Source: Methanobacteriota archaeon
Lineage (GTDB): Archaea > Thermoplasmatota > Thermoplasmata > SG8-5 > DAIRED01
Direction: 5' to 3'
DNA: 64,000 nt
Assembly: GCA_043799545.1 (NCBI GenBank)
Contig: JAZDNO010000019.1
Location: forward strand, 72,551 to 136,550
The notes beneath the pieces are model-generated. The model saw only the letters and a program-made list of their open reading frames with translations. It was not told the DNA's origin and made no database searches. A program made the position numbers and the translations under genes. Each line of letters starts with the position of its first letter. Within the stretch, counting starts at the first letter, position 1. Below are positions 17,966-27,100 of this stretch, in pieces.

Positions 17966-18841
17966 GTGTTTGATTGGCTCATCAACATCCCCGGGCCGAC
18001 ATTCCTGGTGTACCTCCTCATTTTTATAATATCCTTAACTGTGGTAGGCGGTTATTTATGTTACTTTGACCCAACTGGCAAATTGGACGAGCCTGGGATT
18101 ACTGAGCTTGAAAAATACCATATAGCGGCATTGCGCGGAGGAGTCAAGGAAGTAATTGTCACGGCTGCATTCAGTCTCTGGCATAAGGGGCTTATCAATC
18201 TGGACAAAGATGAAATCGAACGTAACGAAAAAAATGTTCCCATACTAGATCCCATCGAAAAAGAGGTATATGATGAGCTCTCAACCCCGAAAACAGCGTC
18301 CTCATTGGTGTACAGCATCGGCTTAGGAGTTAGGTTGGAAGAATACATGGAATCCATCAACAAGAACCTGGAAAGGCTGCATTTAAAACCTGGTAAAAGT
18401 GCTGCATCTAGAGACTGGCTGATACTCTTTTCTATTCTCACGCCAATCCTCGTCATCGGTGGATTAAAGTTGTATTTTGGGATTGTGCGAGAGAAACCTG
18501 TCATGTTTTTAATAATTCTTCTGTGCATGTCCGCCATACTCATCGTGGTTTTGTTAAATCCATTGAAGTTCCAAACAACACTGGGAAGGCGTTATCTGAA
18601 TTCGTTGAAAGATCACTACAATTGCATCAAAGATCGCGCTCCAACGGATATTCTCAGATACAATATGGACCCGGCTATCGGAATGGCAGTATTCGGCGTG
18701 ACTGGGCTATATCTTGTAGCGTCTTTGAACACATTCACAAGCAAGTTCACGCCGCAGACGTCAAGCGGGGGATTCGGCTGCGGGGGCGCTGGTTGTGGCG
18801 GCGGTGGATGCGGCGGAGGTTGCGGGGGGTGCGGCGGATGA
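17966..18841 (+). CDS. TIGR04222-domain membrane protein with Gly/Cys low-complexity C-terminal tail
   Basis: IPGPTFLVYL N-terminus, YHIAALRGG, IGGLKLYFGIVREKPVMFL, TTLGRRYL, AVFG, tail GCGGAGCGGGGCGGGCGGCGG*. GTG start at 17966 is preferred (AAGGAG upstream); 17924 is an alternative. Confidence 0.85.
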   Translation: MFDWLINIPGPTFLVYLLIFIISLTVVGGYLCYFDPTGKLDEPGITELEKYHIAALRGGVKEVIVTAAFSLWHKGLINLDKDEIERNEKNVPILDPIEKEVYDELSTPKTASSLVYSIGLGVRLEEYMESINKNLERLHLKPGKSAASRDWLILFSILTPILVIGGLKLYFGIVREKPVMFLIILLCMSAILIVVLLNPLKFQTTLGRRYLNSLKDHYNCIKDRAPTDILRYNMDPAIGMAVFGVTGLYLVASLNTFTSKFTPQTSSGGFGCGGAGCGGGGCGGGCGGCGG

Positions 18842-19953
18842 AGAAAAACCGAACTGGTTGCAATAATCCGCGCGAGTCACCGTTGATATTCCAATGGCAT
18901 ATCACCGACAAGTGCAACCTCAATTGCCGTCATTGCTACCAAGATAATGGGCCTGTGCCAGATCCGGAATTCCCGATGTTGGAGAGGACATTCAGACAAT
19001 ATCTGGATTTGCTGGATAAAATCAAAGAAACGGGACGCTGGAAGCCGCGGGGGCACATCAACATAACCGGTGGAGAACCATTGCTCCGAGATGATTTGTT
19101 CAAGCTATTGAACTTGATATCGGAAGCCGACCGACGTGTATCCGTAGGGATACTCACGAATGGAACACTGGTCGACGATAAAATGGCTAAAAATATCGGC
19201 GACACGGGCGTCAAATTCGTCCAGGTTAGCATGGAAGGGGGGCGGAAAACCCACGATTGCGTCAGGGGGCAAGGCAATTTCAATCTCGTAATCGAGGGAA
19301 TAGAACGCCTGCAAGGTGCCGGTATTTCAACCTACGTTTCGTTCACCGCCCACCGTCTGAATTACATGGAATTTGGTGACGTAGCGGGGACATGTCGTAA
19401 ATTGGGCGTGGATTGTCTTTGGGCCGACCGTCTTATACCTTGCGGACGGGGCAGGGAATTGGCGAACAGCACTCTTTCGCCTGCACAGACGAGGACATTT
19501 TTCCAGAACATGAAGCGCGCAAGGTACAATTTGTCGCGTGGATGGGGCAAGAAAAAAACCGAGATACGTATGAAGCGCTCCCTTCAATTCCTCATCGGCG
19601 GTGGAATGCCGTACCGATGCTCCGCAGGAGACCGCCTGATAACTGTGATGCCTGATGGAACGATGTATCCATGCCGGAGGATGCCCATTTCCGTCGGAAA
19701 TGTAGCCGTTGAGTCCATATCAGACACATACTACAACAATGAATTCATGCAGGCGTTGCGCGATCCGGCCAGGGTGCCGGACGGTTGTGAGAATTGCCTT
19801 CACGCGAGCGCATGCCACGGAGGCTCCAGATGTCTGGCTAACGTCGTAAACGGTTCGCCGTTTACAAGGGACCCGGGATGCTGGGATGCTCATTTTAACA
19901 GCTTGGAAAGTCCTGTCTTTGATGTTGGGGACGTGAGGTGTGAAGTATGGTAG
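18838..19953 (+). CDS. Radical SAM/SPASM-domain protein
   Basis: CNLNCRHC (CxxxCxxC), TGGEPLL, ILTNG, QVSMEG; SPASM cysteines CSAG, YPC, CENC, C.GGSRC, DPGC; ATG overlaps the upstream TGA. Confidence 0.93.
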   Translation: MKKNRTGCNNPRESPLIFQWHITDKCNLNCRHCYQDNGPVPDPEFPMLERTFRQYLDLLDKIKETGRWKPRGHINITGGEPLLRDDLFKLLNLISEADRRVSVGILTNGTLVDDKMAKNIGDTGVKFVQVSMEGGRKTHDCVRGQGNFNLVIEGIERLQGAGISTYVSFTAHRLNYMEFGDVAGTCRKLGVDCLWADRLIPCGRGRELANSTLSPAQTRTFFQNMKRARYNLSRGWGKKKTEIRMKRSLQFLIGGGMPYRCSAGDRLITVMPDGTMYPCRRMPISVGNVAVESISDTYYNNEFMQALRDPARVPDGCENCLHASACHGGSRCLANVVNGSPFTRDPGCWDAHFNSLESPVFDVGDVRCEVW

Positions 19954-20687
19954 ACAATTTGCCGTTATCGAGCACGAATGTGGGACCGGAAAGCGTAAGA
20001 GCACTGGAACACTTTGTAGCAGATGTGTTGAAGGAGTTCCAAACTGACATATCATCCATCATTTTGTACGGCAGCGGTGCGCGTGCTGATTTCAGGGAGG
20101 GGAAAAGTGACCTCAACCTCCTTGTCGTATTTTCTAGTCTGGACATGGCGCGAATGAGCCGGTTCATACCTCTGCATGACAAATATCTTCGAAATCGAAT
20201 TGTACCACTGGCATTGACGAAGAAGGATCTCGTTGACACGGCCCATGTGTTTCCACTCAAGTTTCTATCGTTTAAAGAGGCAAATGTCGTCCTATCTGGC
20301 ATCGATGTGTTGAAAGAGATAGATGTGGACAATTCGCATGTCAGGTTTAGGTGCAAGCAGGAACTTCAAAACCTGTTGATGAGGTTGAGATACCACTACA
20401 TATCCAACCAAGGGCGGGGGCTGACGAACATGATGTCTCGCACATCGACAAATTTCATCGAATCCCTTCGTGTCGTGATATTGTTGGAAACGGGCAACAA
20501 ACCCGACAGAGTCGGGATAGTCGAGGCTGCCAGTTCAATCGGTATCGATGGAGGGGCTTTGAAGAAAGTGCTCGACATTAAGGGAAGGGATGTTGCCTTG
20601 CCAAACACAGAGTCCAGAGTGATTTTCGAGAGATATCTCCGAATTGTGGAGCAATTGTTAGCAAAGGTGGACAACCTTAAAGAATGA
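19947..20687 (+). CDS. Nucleotidyltransferase-fold protein
   Basis: IILYGSGARADF...SDLNLLVV (GS...DxN; second acidic residue replaced), followed by a helical domain; GAGGTG RBS; overlaps the rSAM stop. Confidence 0.8.
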   Translation: MVDNLPLSSTNVGPESVRALEHFVADVLKEFQTDISSIILYGSGARADFREGKSDLNLLVVFSSLDMARMSRFIPLHDKYLRNRIVPLALTKKDLVDTAHVFPLKFLSFKEANVVLSGIDVLKEIDVDNSHVRFRCKQELQNLLMRLRYHYISNQGRGLTNMMSRTSTNFIESLRVVILLETGNKPDRVGIVEAASSIGIDGGALKKVLDIKGRDVALPNTESRVIFERYLRIVEQLLAKVDNLKE

Positions 20688-20747
20688 ATATAGCAAGAAT
20701 ATTTTTGTAAATAAATTGAAATCTGAAAAGGTTTTTGGAATTTCAGC

Positions 20748-21440
20748 TTACTTTATTCCCCTGTCGTGCGCACCCACGCTCGGCCTGGCCTTCTCCGCGC
20801 CCTTGCCCTTTCTGCGGAGGCCGCGGCCCTTCTTTCCGGCGCTGGTCAGTCCGCGGTTCGCGCGTCCGCTCTGCTCATTGCCGCATATCCAGTTTATCTT
20901 CGGGTCCGCCCGTATGACCGGGTGGTCCGGGTCCACCAAGATGACCTCGAAGTACATGTTCTTCCCGTCCTGGGCGAGCCAGTAAGAGTTGAGAACCTCG
21001 AGGTTCGGGTACCTGCGGCCGACGCGCTCCTCGGCGATGCGCTTGAGGCTCTTGCCCGAAGTGATCTTGTTCAGGCCGCGGCGCTTCGGCTTGCGCCCGC
21101 CGATATGCTGGCGCTTCCTCAAAGGCCCGCGCCTGACCCGGCCCCTCACCACAACGTATCCCTGTTTGGCCTTGTAGCCGAGGGAGCGCGCCCTGTCCAG
21201 GCGGGTCGGGTGCTCGATGCGCACGAACGCCGGCTCGCGGCGCCACGCAATCATCCTGTGCCAGTTCAGGTCCTTCACGAACGAGTTGGCGGGGACCTTC
21301 CAGGCGTCCTTTATGTGAGAATACATGCTCTTCGCCGGCACGCCAGTGTGGAGCACAGTTGGCGGGGCCATGACGATTTCCTCTTCTGCCGGCGCTTCCT
21401 TCTTCTTCGGTCTGGCCTTCTTGGCCTTGTCTTCTGCCAT
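20748..21440 (-). CDS. rpl15e: 50S ribosomal protein eL15 with N-terminal extension
   Basis: [57 protein letters not shown]; GAGGTGA RBS. Confidence 0.97.
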   Translation of the reverse strand: MAEDKAKKARPKKKEAPAEEEIVMAPPTVLHTGVPAKSMYSHIKDAWKVPANSFVKDLNWHRMIAWRREPAFVRIEHPTRLDRARSLGYKAKQGYVVVRGRVRRGPLRKRQHIGGRKPKRRGLNKITSGKSLKRIAEERVGRRYPNLEVLNSYWLAQDGKNMYFEVILVDPDHPVIRADPKINWICGNEQSGRANRGLTSAGKKGRGLRRKGKGAEKARPSVGAHDRGIK

Positions 21441-21444
21441 GTCA

Positions 21445-21560
21445 GTTCACCTCTGCGACTCTTGCCGCGTTTCCGGGTTCGCCCGAAGGCACATTCCCGC
21501 TAGCCCAACGTATGTCGGGCCGAGTGCGGGACTCATCCCGCGACTTGAACCACCCCAGGC
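21445..21560 (-). ncRNA. Structured 5' leader of rpl15e (candidate eL15 ribosomal-protein leader)
   Basis: Minus-strand hairpins GCGGGA-TGAG-TCCCGC and GCCCGAC-ATAC-GTTGGGC (G-U pair favours this strand), plus GCC-TTCG-GGC, between the TATA box (~21568-21575) and the RBS. Confidence 0.55.
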
Positions 21561-21577
21561 CGAGGGGATATAAAAGC

Positions 21578-22552
21578 TTAGAGGTTTAACAATCCATAGA
21601 TGATGAATGGGAGTGCAATTGCAAGGATGGCTCCGTAGTAGTTCACCTGCTTGGAGTAGTCCACCTCTTTCCAGTACTCTTCGTCGATGTATATCACGGT
21701 CGTGACGAACAGCGAGGCGGCCAAGAACCCATAGGTCGCAATCATGATTTTGTCTATCGTCATCAGCATCGGCATCGGTGGCAGCGACGATGTCTGGCTG
21801 ATGTGGAACATCACGGCGGAGATGAGCATCGACGTGCCGAAGCCGATTCGGTTGGCTATCTTATCCGGCCTGAACGCGAACGAGAGGCCTGAGACTATGC
21901 AGAAGATTATCGGCGGGAGGAGGGTCTTGATGGCTGTCGTGGTCACGGCCCTGCCGATGCTGATGGAAAATGTGGTGCGCGAGTATGTCTCCCCCCAGTT
22001 CTCGTAAACCTTGTCGCTGACGGAGATTGCGACATCGTTCATCTGCCAGCCGGGGATGTTCAGAGATTCGTCTATCGTCGTGCCATCGGTGTCGGCGACG
22101 TACACGAGGTCGTCGACCGTGAGCTTGGAGTCTTCTATCTGGATGACTATCTCGAACTCGTTGAACGGGTAGGTCTTGAACTGCGGTTCGTTGTAGAGCG
22201 ACGCTTGGATGCGATACCAGACCTCGCGCACGCCGTCACTCGTCACGTCCGAGAGCTTCTGCGTCGAGCTCGCGCGCCCGTTCATGAACTCGTACGATAG
22301 CGCGGAGAAGTTCGCATCGCTCGCGTCCCATGCGAGCCACATGTAGAAGTCTATGGTGTACGTGCCTTTGTTGGCGTCGAAGTTGCCGAAGCCGACGACG
22401 TAAATTCCGACGGTCACCTGAGTGGCGCCGGCGGCCTGGCGCGTGGTCGGGGGCGCTGGTGCGGCCGCGTCCACGGAGCCGAGCGGCACCAGCGACAGGG
22501 CCAGGAGCCCGACGAGCGCGAGCGCCGCCATCCTGTAAATCCTCACAGACAT
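21578..22552 (-). CDS. Prokaryotic pentameric ligand-gated ion channel (GLIC/ELIC-like)
   Basis: Signal peptide; VTVGIYV...TYTIDFYMWLAWD; Pro-loop FKTYPFN; LNIPGW; YSR; four TM helices with LLPPIIF (M1), RIGFGTSMLISAVMFH (M2), LPP, MTIDKIM (M3). Confidence 0.85.
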   Translation of the reverse strand: MSVRIYRMAALALVGLLALSLVPLGSVDAAAPAPPTTRQAAGATQVTVGIYVVGFGNFDANKGTYTIDFYMWLAWDASDANFSALSYEFMNGRASSTQKLSDVTSDGVREVWYRIQASLYNEPQFKTYPFNEFEIVIQIEDSKLTVDDLVYVADTDGTTIDESLNIPGWQMNDVAISVSDKVYENWGETYSRTTFSISIGRAVTTTAIKTLLPPIIFCIVSGLSFAFRPDKIANRIGFGTSMLISAVMFHISQTSSLPPMPMLMTIDKIMIATYGFLAASLFVTTVIYIDEEYWKEVDYSKQVNYYGAILAIALPFIIYGLLNL

Positions 22553-22603
22553 TTCGATACCTCTGGGCAGGGCTATGCGGAAGGGATAGAAAAGGGTTTA
22601 GCC

Positions 22604-24211
22604 TCACATCCTGTAAACGCCGCTCTTCGTTTCCGGGAACGGCGCGTTGAGCGAGGCGGATATGCCGAGTGCGAGCACCATGCGCGTCTGCGCCGGGTCT
22701 ATGATGCCGTCGTCCCAGATTCGCGCCGACGAATAGTAAGGCCCGCCCTCCTTGTCGTACTTCTGCAGGATTGGGTCGGTCAGCTCCCTCTCCTCGTCGG
22801 CCGTCAGCTCCCTACCTTTGCGCCACATCTGGTCTTTCTTGACAGTCAGCAGAACGCCCGCGGCCTGCTTCCCGCCCATGACTGAGATACGAGCATTGGG
22901 CCACATCCAGAGCTGCCTCGGTCCGTATGCCCGCCCGCACATGCCGTAGTTGCCAGCGCCGAAGGAGCCGCCGATTATGACAGTGAACTTCGGAACGGCA
23001 GCGTTCGACACCGCGGAGACCATCTTCGCCCCGTCTTTTGCAATCCCACCGGCCTCGTACTTGCGCCCAATCATGAAGCCGGTGATGTTCTGCAGGAACA
23101 CCAGTGGAATCTTCCGCTGGCAGCAGAGTTCTATGAAGTGCGTGCCCTTGAGCGCGCTCTCCGAAAACAGCACGCCGTTGTTCGCCAGAATGCCGACCGG
23201 GTAGCCCATGATGTGGGCGAAGCCGGTGACCAGCGTCGTGCCGTACAGCTCCTTGAACTCGTGGAAGCGCGAGCCGTCGACGACGCGCGCGATTATCTCC
23301 CGGACCTCGAAAGGCTGGTGCGAATCCGCCGGGACGATGCCGTAGATGTCCTCTATGGGGTAAAGCGGCTCGTCTGGCTGCCCGCATTGGATGAACGTCT
23401 TTGGTTGGCGGTTCAGATTCTCCATTATGTTCCGCGCGGTGCGGAGCGACTCCTCGTCCCCCGTCGCGTAGTGGTCTGATACGCCGCTCTCGCGGCAGTG
23501 GACGTCCGCCCCACCCAAGTCCTCGGCCGTGACCTCCTCTCCGGTCGCAGCCTTTACCAGCGGCGGGCCTCCCAGGAATATCGTGCCGGTTCCCTTGACT
23601 ATAATTGTTTCATCGGACATCGCTGGAACGTACGCGCCGCCGGCGGTGCAAGAGCCCATCACGACGGCAATCTGGGGAATACCCCGCGCCGACATGACCG
23701 CCTGGTTGTAGAAAATGCGCCCGAAGTGCTCCCTGTCCGGAAAGACCTCGTCCTGCATCGGCAGGAACGCCCCGCCCGAATCGACCAGATATACGCACGG
23801 AAGGTGGTTCTCCAAGGCGATTTCCTGCGCGCGGAGGTGCTTCTTGACGGTCATCGGGTAATAAGTACCGCCCTTCACGGTCGCGTCGTTGGCGATAATC
23901 ACGACCTCGCGCCCGTGCACGACCCCGATTCCCGTGACGACTCCGGCCGCCGGCGCCTCGTTGTCGTACATGTTGTGGGCGGCCAGCGGGCTGAGCTCCA
24001 TGAACGGCGTCTCTTCGTCGCACAACATCTCGATGCGCTCCCTGGCGAGCATCTTCTTGCGCTCCTTGTGCTTCTTGATGTTCTCGGCGCCACCGCCCTC
24101 CCTGTTCTTTGCGAGCGCCTCTCTGAGCTGCGTTACCAGCTTCATGTTGTACTCGCTGTTTTCCTTGAACTGCGCGCTCTCCTTGTCTATCTTGCTCGGA
24201 AGGGCTTCCAT
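22604..24211 (-). CDS. mccB: Methylcrotonyl-CoA carboxylase beta (carboxyltransferase) subunit
   Basis: [49 protein letters not shown]. Confidence 0.92.
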   Translation of the reverse strand: MEALPSKIDKESAQFKENSEYNMKLVTQLREALAKNREGGGAENIKKHKERKKMLARERIEMLCDEETPFMELSPLAAHNMYDNEAPAAGVVTGIGVVHGREVVIIANDATVKGGTYYPMTVKKHLRAQEIALENHLPCVYLVDSGGAFLPMQDEVFPDREHFGRIFYNQAVMSARGIPQIAVVMGSCTAGGAYVPAMSDETIIVKGTGTIFLGGPPLVKAATGEEVTAEDLGGADVHCRESGVSDHYATGDEESLRTARNIMENLNRQPKTFIQCGQPDEPLYPIEDIYGIVPADSHQPFEVREIIARVVDGSRFHEFKELYGTTLVTGFAHIMGYPVGILANNGVLFSESALKGTHFIELCCQRKIPLVFLQNITGFMIGRKYEAGGIAKDGAKMVSAVSNAAVPKFTVIIGGSFGAGNYGMCGRAYGPRQLWMWPNARISVMGGKQAAGVLLTVKKDQMWRKGRELTADEERELTDPILQKYDKEGGPYYSSARIWDDGIIDPAQTRMVLALGISASLNAPFPETKSGVYRM

Positions 24212-24212
24212 C

Positions 24213-24707
24213 TCATTCGGCCTCCTTGACGTCGACTAGCCTCGCTCCTATGTCCACCTGGTCCTTCTCCTTGTGGTAGGACTTGGCCACCTTGCCTTTG
24301 AATGGCGATTTTATCTGGTACTCCATCTTCATCGCCTCGATTATCAGAAGGACCTGGTTCGCCTCGACCACGTCCCCTTCCGTGGCCTTCACCGCGACGA
24401 CCTTGCCGGAAATCGGCGACTTGATGTCCCCGGAGATCTTGGCGAACTGGTTGGGGTCCCTTGCCTGCTCCACCCGCTCCAGGCGGAACACTTGGCTGTC
24501 GAAGAACACGTGCCGCTGCGTGCCGTCGCGGGCGACGCAGCACTTGTGGAGAGCGCCGTCGACGTTGAGCTGGAAGAACCCCTGTTTTATCTCTCTCGCC
24601 TTTGCGATGTATGTCCTACCCTTGATGGTGACCTCGAAATGGTCCTCTTTCCTGACGAGCGACACGGAATGGCGCTCGTTCCCGAACTGGTAGAAGAAGT
24701 CGACCAT
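24213..24707 (-). CDS. BT-linker plus biotin carboxyl carrier subunit
   Basis: SPISGKVV and IIEAMKME biotinylation site; start revised to MVDFFY. Confidence 0.9.
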   Translation of the reverse strand: MVDFFYQFGNERHSVSLVRKEDHFEVTIKGRTYIAKAREIKQGFFQLNVDGALHKCCVARDGTQRHVFFDSQVFRLERVEQARDPNQFAKISGDIKSPISGKVVAVKATEGDVVEANQVLLIIEAMKMEYQIKSPFKGKVAKSYHKEKDQVDIGARLVDVKEAE

Positions 24708-24711
24708 TGTT

Positions 24712-26214
24712 TCAGCCCCCCACGCGCCACTTTCCCGCCGTCTTCCAGGGCGAGTGCTTGTCGTGAGCCGCGACATCGATGACATCTGCAGCGGTTGCCA
24801 CCCCCTTCCGCACGGCCTCCTCTATCGCCGCTGCGATGAGAACCTCCGCAGGCGGCCCGCCCTCCGAAGGGTTCCAGTCCTTGAAATAGCGCTCGATGAA
24901 ATGGGTGCTCAGGTTGCCCGCCTTGAACTCTGGGTGGTTGATGATTGCCTTGAGGAAGTTCAGGTTCGTGGCAACGCCGAGGGCTAGATAGTTGGAGAGC
25001 GCCCAGTCCATCTTCCTGATTGCGTCGTCGCGGCTCTCGCCCGAGACTATGAGCTTCGCCAGCATCGGGTCGTAGTATGGCGTCACGACGCTTCCGGACT
25101 CCACGCCTGAATCGTGCCGCACGTTCATCCCGCTCGGCGCCTCGAACCTGTGTACGGTGCCGGTGGAGGGCATGAACCCCTTCTCCGGGTCCTCGGCGTA
25201 GATGCGGCACTCGATTGCGTGGCCGCGCTGGGTTATCTCGCTCTGGGCGAGAGTAAGCTCCTCGCCCGCGGCGATGCGAATCTGCCATTTCACTATGTCC
25301 ACTCCTGTTGTCATCTCGGTTATCGCGTGCTCGACCTGGAGACGCGTGTTCATCTCCAGGAAGTAGAAGTTTCCTCCCGCGAACATGAACTCGCAAGTGC
25401 CTGCGTTCGTGTAGCCAGCCGCCTTGGCGGCCATCACGCCCGCCAGCCCCATCCTCTCCCTTAGCTTCGGTGTCAGCGCGGGGCTGGGCGTCTCCTCTAT
25501 GACCTTCTGGTGCCTCCTCTGTATCGAGCACTCGCGCTCGAAGAGGTGGAGGACGTTCCCCTGGTTGTCCCCGAGTACCTGGATTTCGATGTGGCGCGTC
25601 TCGGCGAGGTACTTCTCTATGAACACCGTGTCGTCTCCGAACGCGGATTTCGCTTCGCGCCTGGCGGTTTCGAGCGCGGTCGCCAGGTCGTTCTCGGTCT
25701 CGACGACGTGCATCCCCTTTCCCCCGCCGCCCGCCGCCGCCTTCACGATGACCGGATAGCCAATCTTGCCGCACTCGGCAGAGACCTTCGCGAGGTCGCC
25801 CATGTCGCCGTTGTATCCGGGGACAATCGGCACCCCGGCGGCATTCATGACCTTCTTCGCCTCGACCTTGTTCCCCATCTTGGCGATGACTTCAGACTTC
25901 GGACCGATGAATACAATGCCCTCGGCCTCGCACCGCTTGGCGAACTCGGGATTCTCCGAGAGGAAGCCGTAGCCGGGGTGTATCGCCTCCGCGCCGGTCT
26001 GCTTGGCTGCTGCGATGACCTTGTCGATGTTGAGGTAGCTCTCGGACGGCGCGGGCGTGCCTATGAGAACCGCCTCGTCGGCGAGCTGCACGTGCGGGGC
26101 CTTCGCGTCCACCTCGGAGTAGACGGCCACGGTGGAAATCCCCATCTCCTGGCACGCCCTTATCACCCGGACGGCTATCTCCGCCCTGTTGGATATCAGT
26201 ATTTTCTTGAACAT
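24712..26214 (-). CDS. accC: Biotin carboxylase subunit
   Basis: NRAEIAVRV, HPGYGFLSEN, KAAAGGGGKGM, ERECSIQRRHQK, EMNTRLQVEH, YYDPMLAKL. Confidence 0.95.
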   Translation of the reverse strand: MFKKILISNRAEIAVRVIRACQEMGISTVAVYSEVDAKAPHVQLADEAVLIGTPAPSESYLNIDKVIAAAKQTGAEAIHPGYGFLSENPEFAKRCEAEGIVFIGPKSEVIAKMGNKVEAKKVMNAAGVPIVPGYNGDMGDLAKVSAECGKIGYPVIVKAAAGGGGKGMHVVETENDLATALETARREAKSAFGDDTVFIEKYLAETRHIEIQVLGDNQGNVLHLFERECSIQRRHQKVIEETPSPALTPKLRERMGLAGVMAAKAAGYTNAGTCEFMFAGGNFYFLEMNTRLQVEHAITEMTTGVDIVKWQIRIAAGEELTLAQSEITQRGHAIECRIYAEDPEKGFMPSTGTVHRFEAPSGMNVRHDSGVESGSVVTPYYDPMLAKLIVSGESRDDAIRKMDWALSNYLALGVATNLNFLKAIINHPEFKAGNLSTHFIERYFKDWNPSEGGPPAEVLIAAAIEEAVRKGVATAADVIDVAAHDKHSPWKTAGKWRVGG

Positions 26215-27012
26215 CTACTTCACGTTCCACGAAGGTTTTCGCTTTTCGAGAAATGCGGCCATTCCTTCCTGCCCCTCGGGGGTGCCCCTCAGCTCCGCAA
26301 TCTTCGCGACCGCATGCATCCGTATCTCGTCGGCAGGCATCGATTTGCACGCCTCGACGAGCCTCTTCGCCTCCCCAGTCGCCTTCGGCCCCGAGGAGAG
26401 GAGCTGGCGCGCCTGCTCCGCCACAACCGAATCGAGGATGTCGTCCGGCACGGCCGCGTCCACGAGTCCCAGCCTCGCTGCCGTGCGGGCGTCGAAGCGC
26501 TCGCCCGTCATGAACAGGCGCCGCGCAGCCGACGGCCCGATTCTCTCGACCACGTATGGAGATATCACGGCCGGGACGAGCCCGAGCTTGACCTCGCTGA
26601 AGGCGAAAGCCGCGGATTCAGCGGCTATCGCTATGTCGCAAACCGCCGCCAGCCCCGCCCCTCCGCCTATCGCCGCGCCATTAATCATGCCTATGACGGG
26701 TTTCGGGCAGGAGCGGATGGCCGCGAACATGTCCGAGAGCTCGCGAGCGTCCTTTGAATTCTCCATCGGTCCATAGCTGGCCATCGACTTCATGTAGTTC
26801 AGGTCGGCGCCGGCGCAGAACGATTTTCCGGCGCCTGTGAGAATCAGAACGCGGGCTTCGCCGTCCGCTGAGAGCGCCTCGAAAGCCGCGCGCAGCTCGT
26901 AGATGAGTTCGCCGTTGAATGCGTTGTGCGCGTCGGGCCGGTTGAGGACTATCCTGGCCAGGGCTCCCTCTGGCTCTATTTTCAATAGCGCAAATTGGTG
27001 CATCCTTCCCAA
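26215..27012 (-). CDS. liuC: Enoyl-CoA hydratase family, probable methylglutaconyl-CoA hydratase
   Basis: FCAGADL, GAAIGGGAGL, SEVKLGLVPA, EGQEGMAAFLEKRKPSW; context of the MCC genes. Confidence 0.8.
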   Translation of the reverse strand: MGRMHQFALLKIEPEGALARIVLNRPDAHNAFNGELIYELRAAFEALSADGEARVLILTGAGKSFCAGADLNYMKSMASYGPMENSKDARELSDMFAAIRSCPKPVIGMINGAAIGGGAGLAAVCDIAIAAESAAFAFSEVKLGLVPAVISPYVVERIGPSAARRLFMTGERFDARTAARLGLVDAAVPDDILDSVVAEQARQLLSSGPKATGEAKRLVEACKSMPADEIRMHAVAKIAELRGTPEGQEGMAAFLEKRKPSWNVK

Positions 27013-27100
27013 GTGAAAAGCTCACCGGATAAATAGGTTTGCCAAGTCCTTTACGGCAGTTGCCGAACAAGGTGGCGCCTGCCGTTACCTGATGGCCGGG

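Noticed and set aside
18523-18837. N-terminal extension of the radical SAM ORF
   Set aside because: It overlaps the TIGR04222 CDS in another frame; the ATGA overlap at 18838 is the plausible start.
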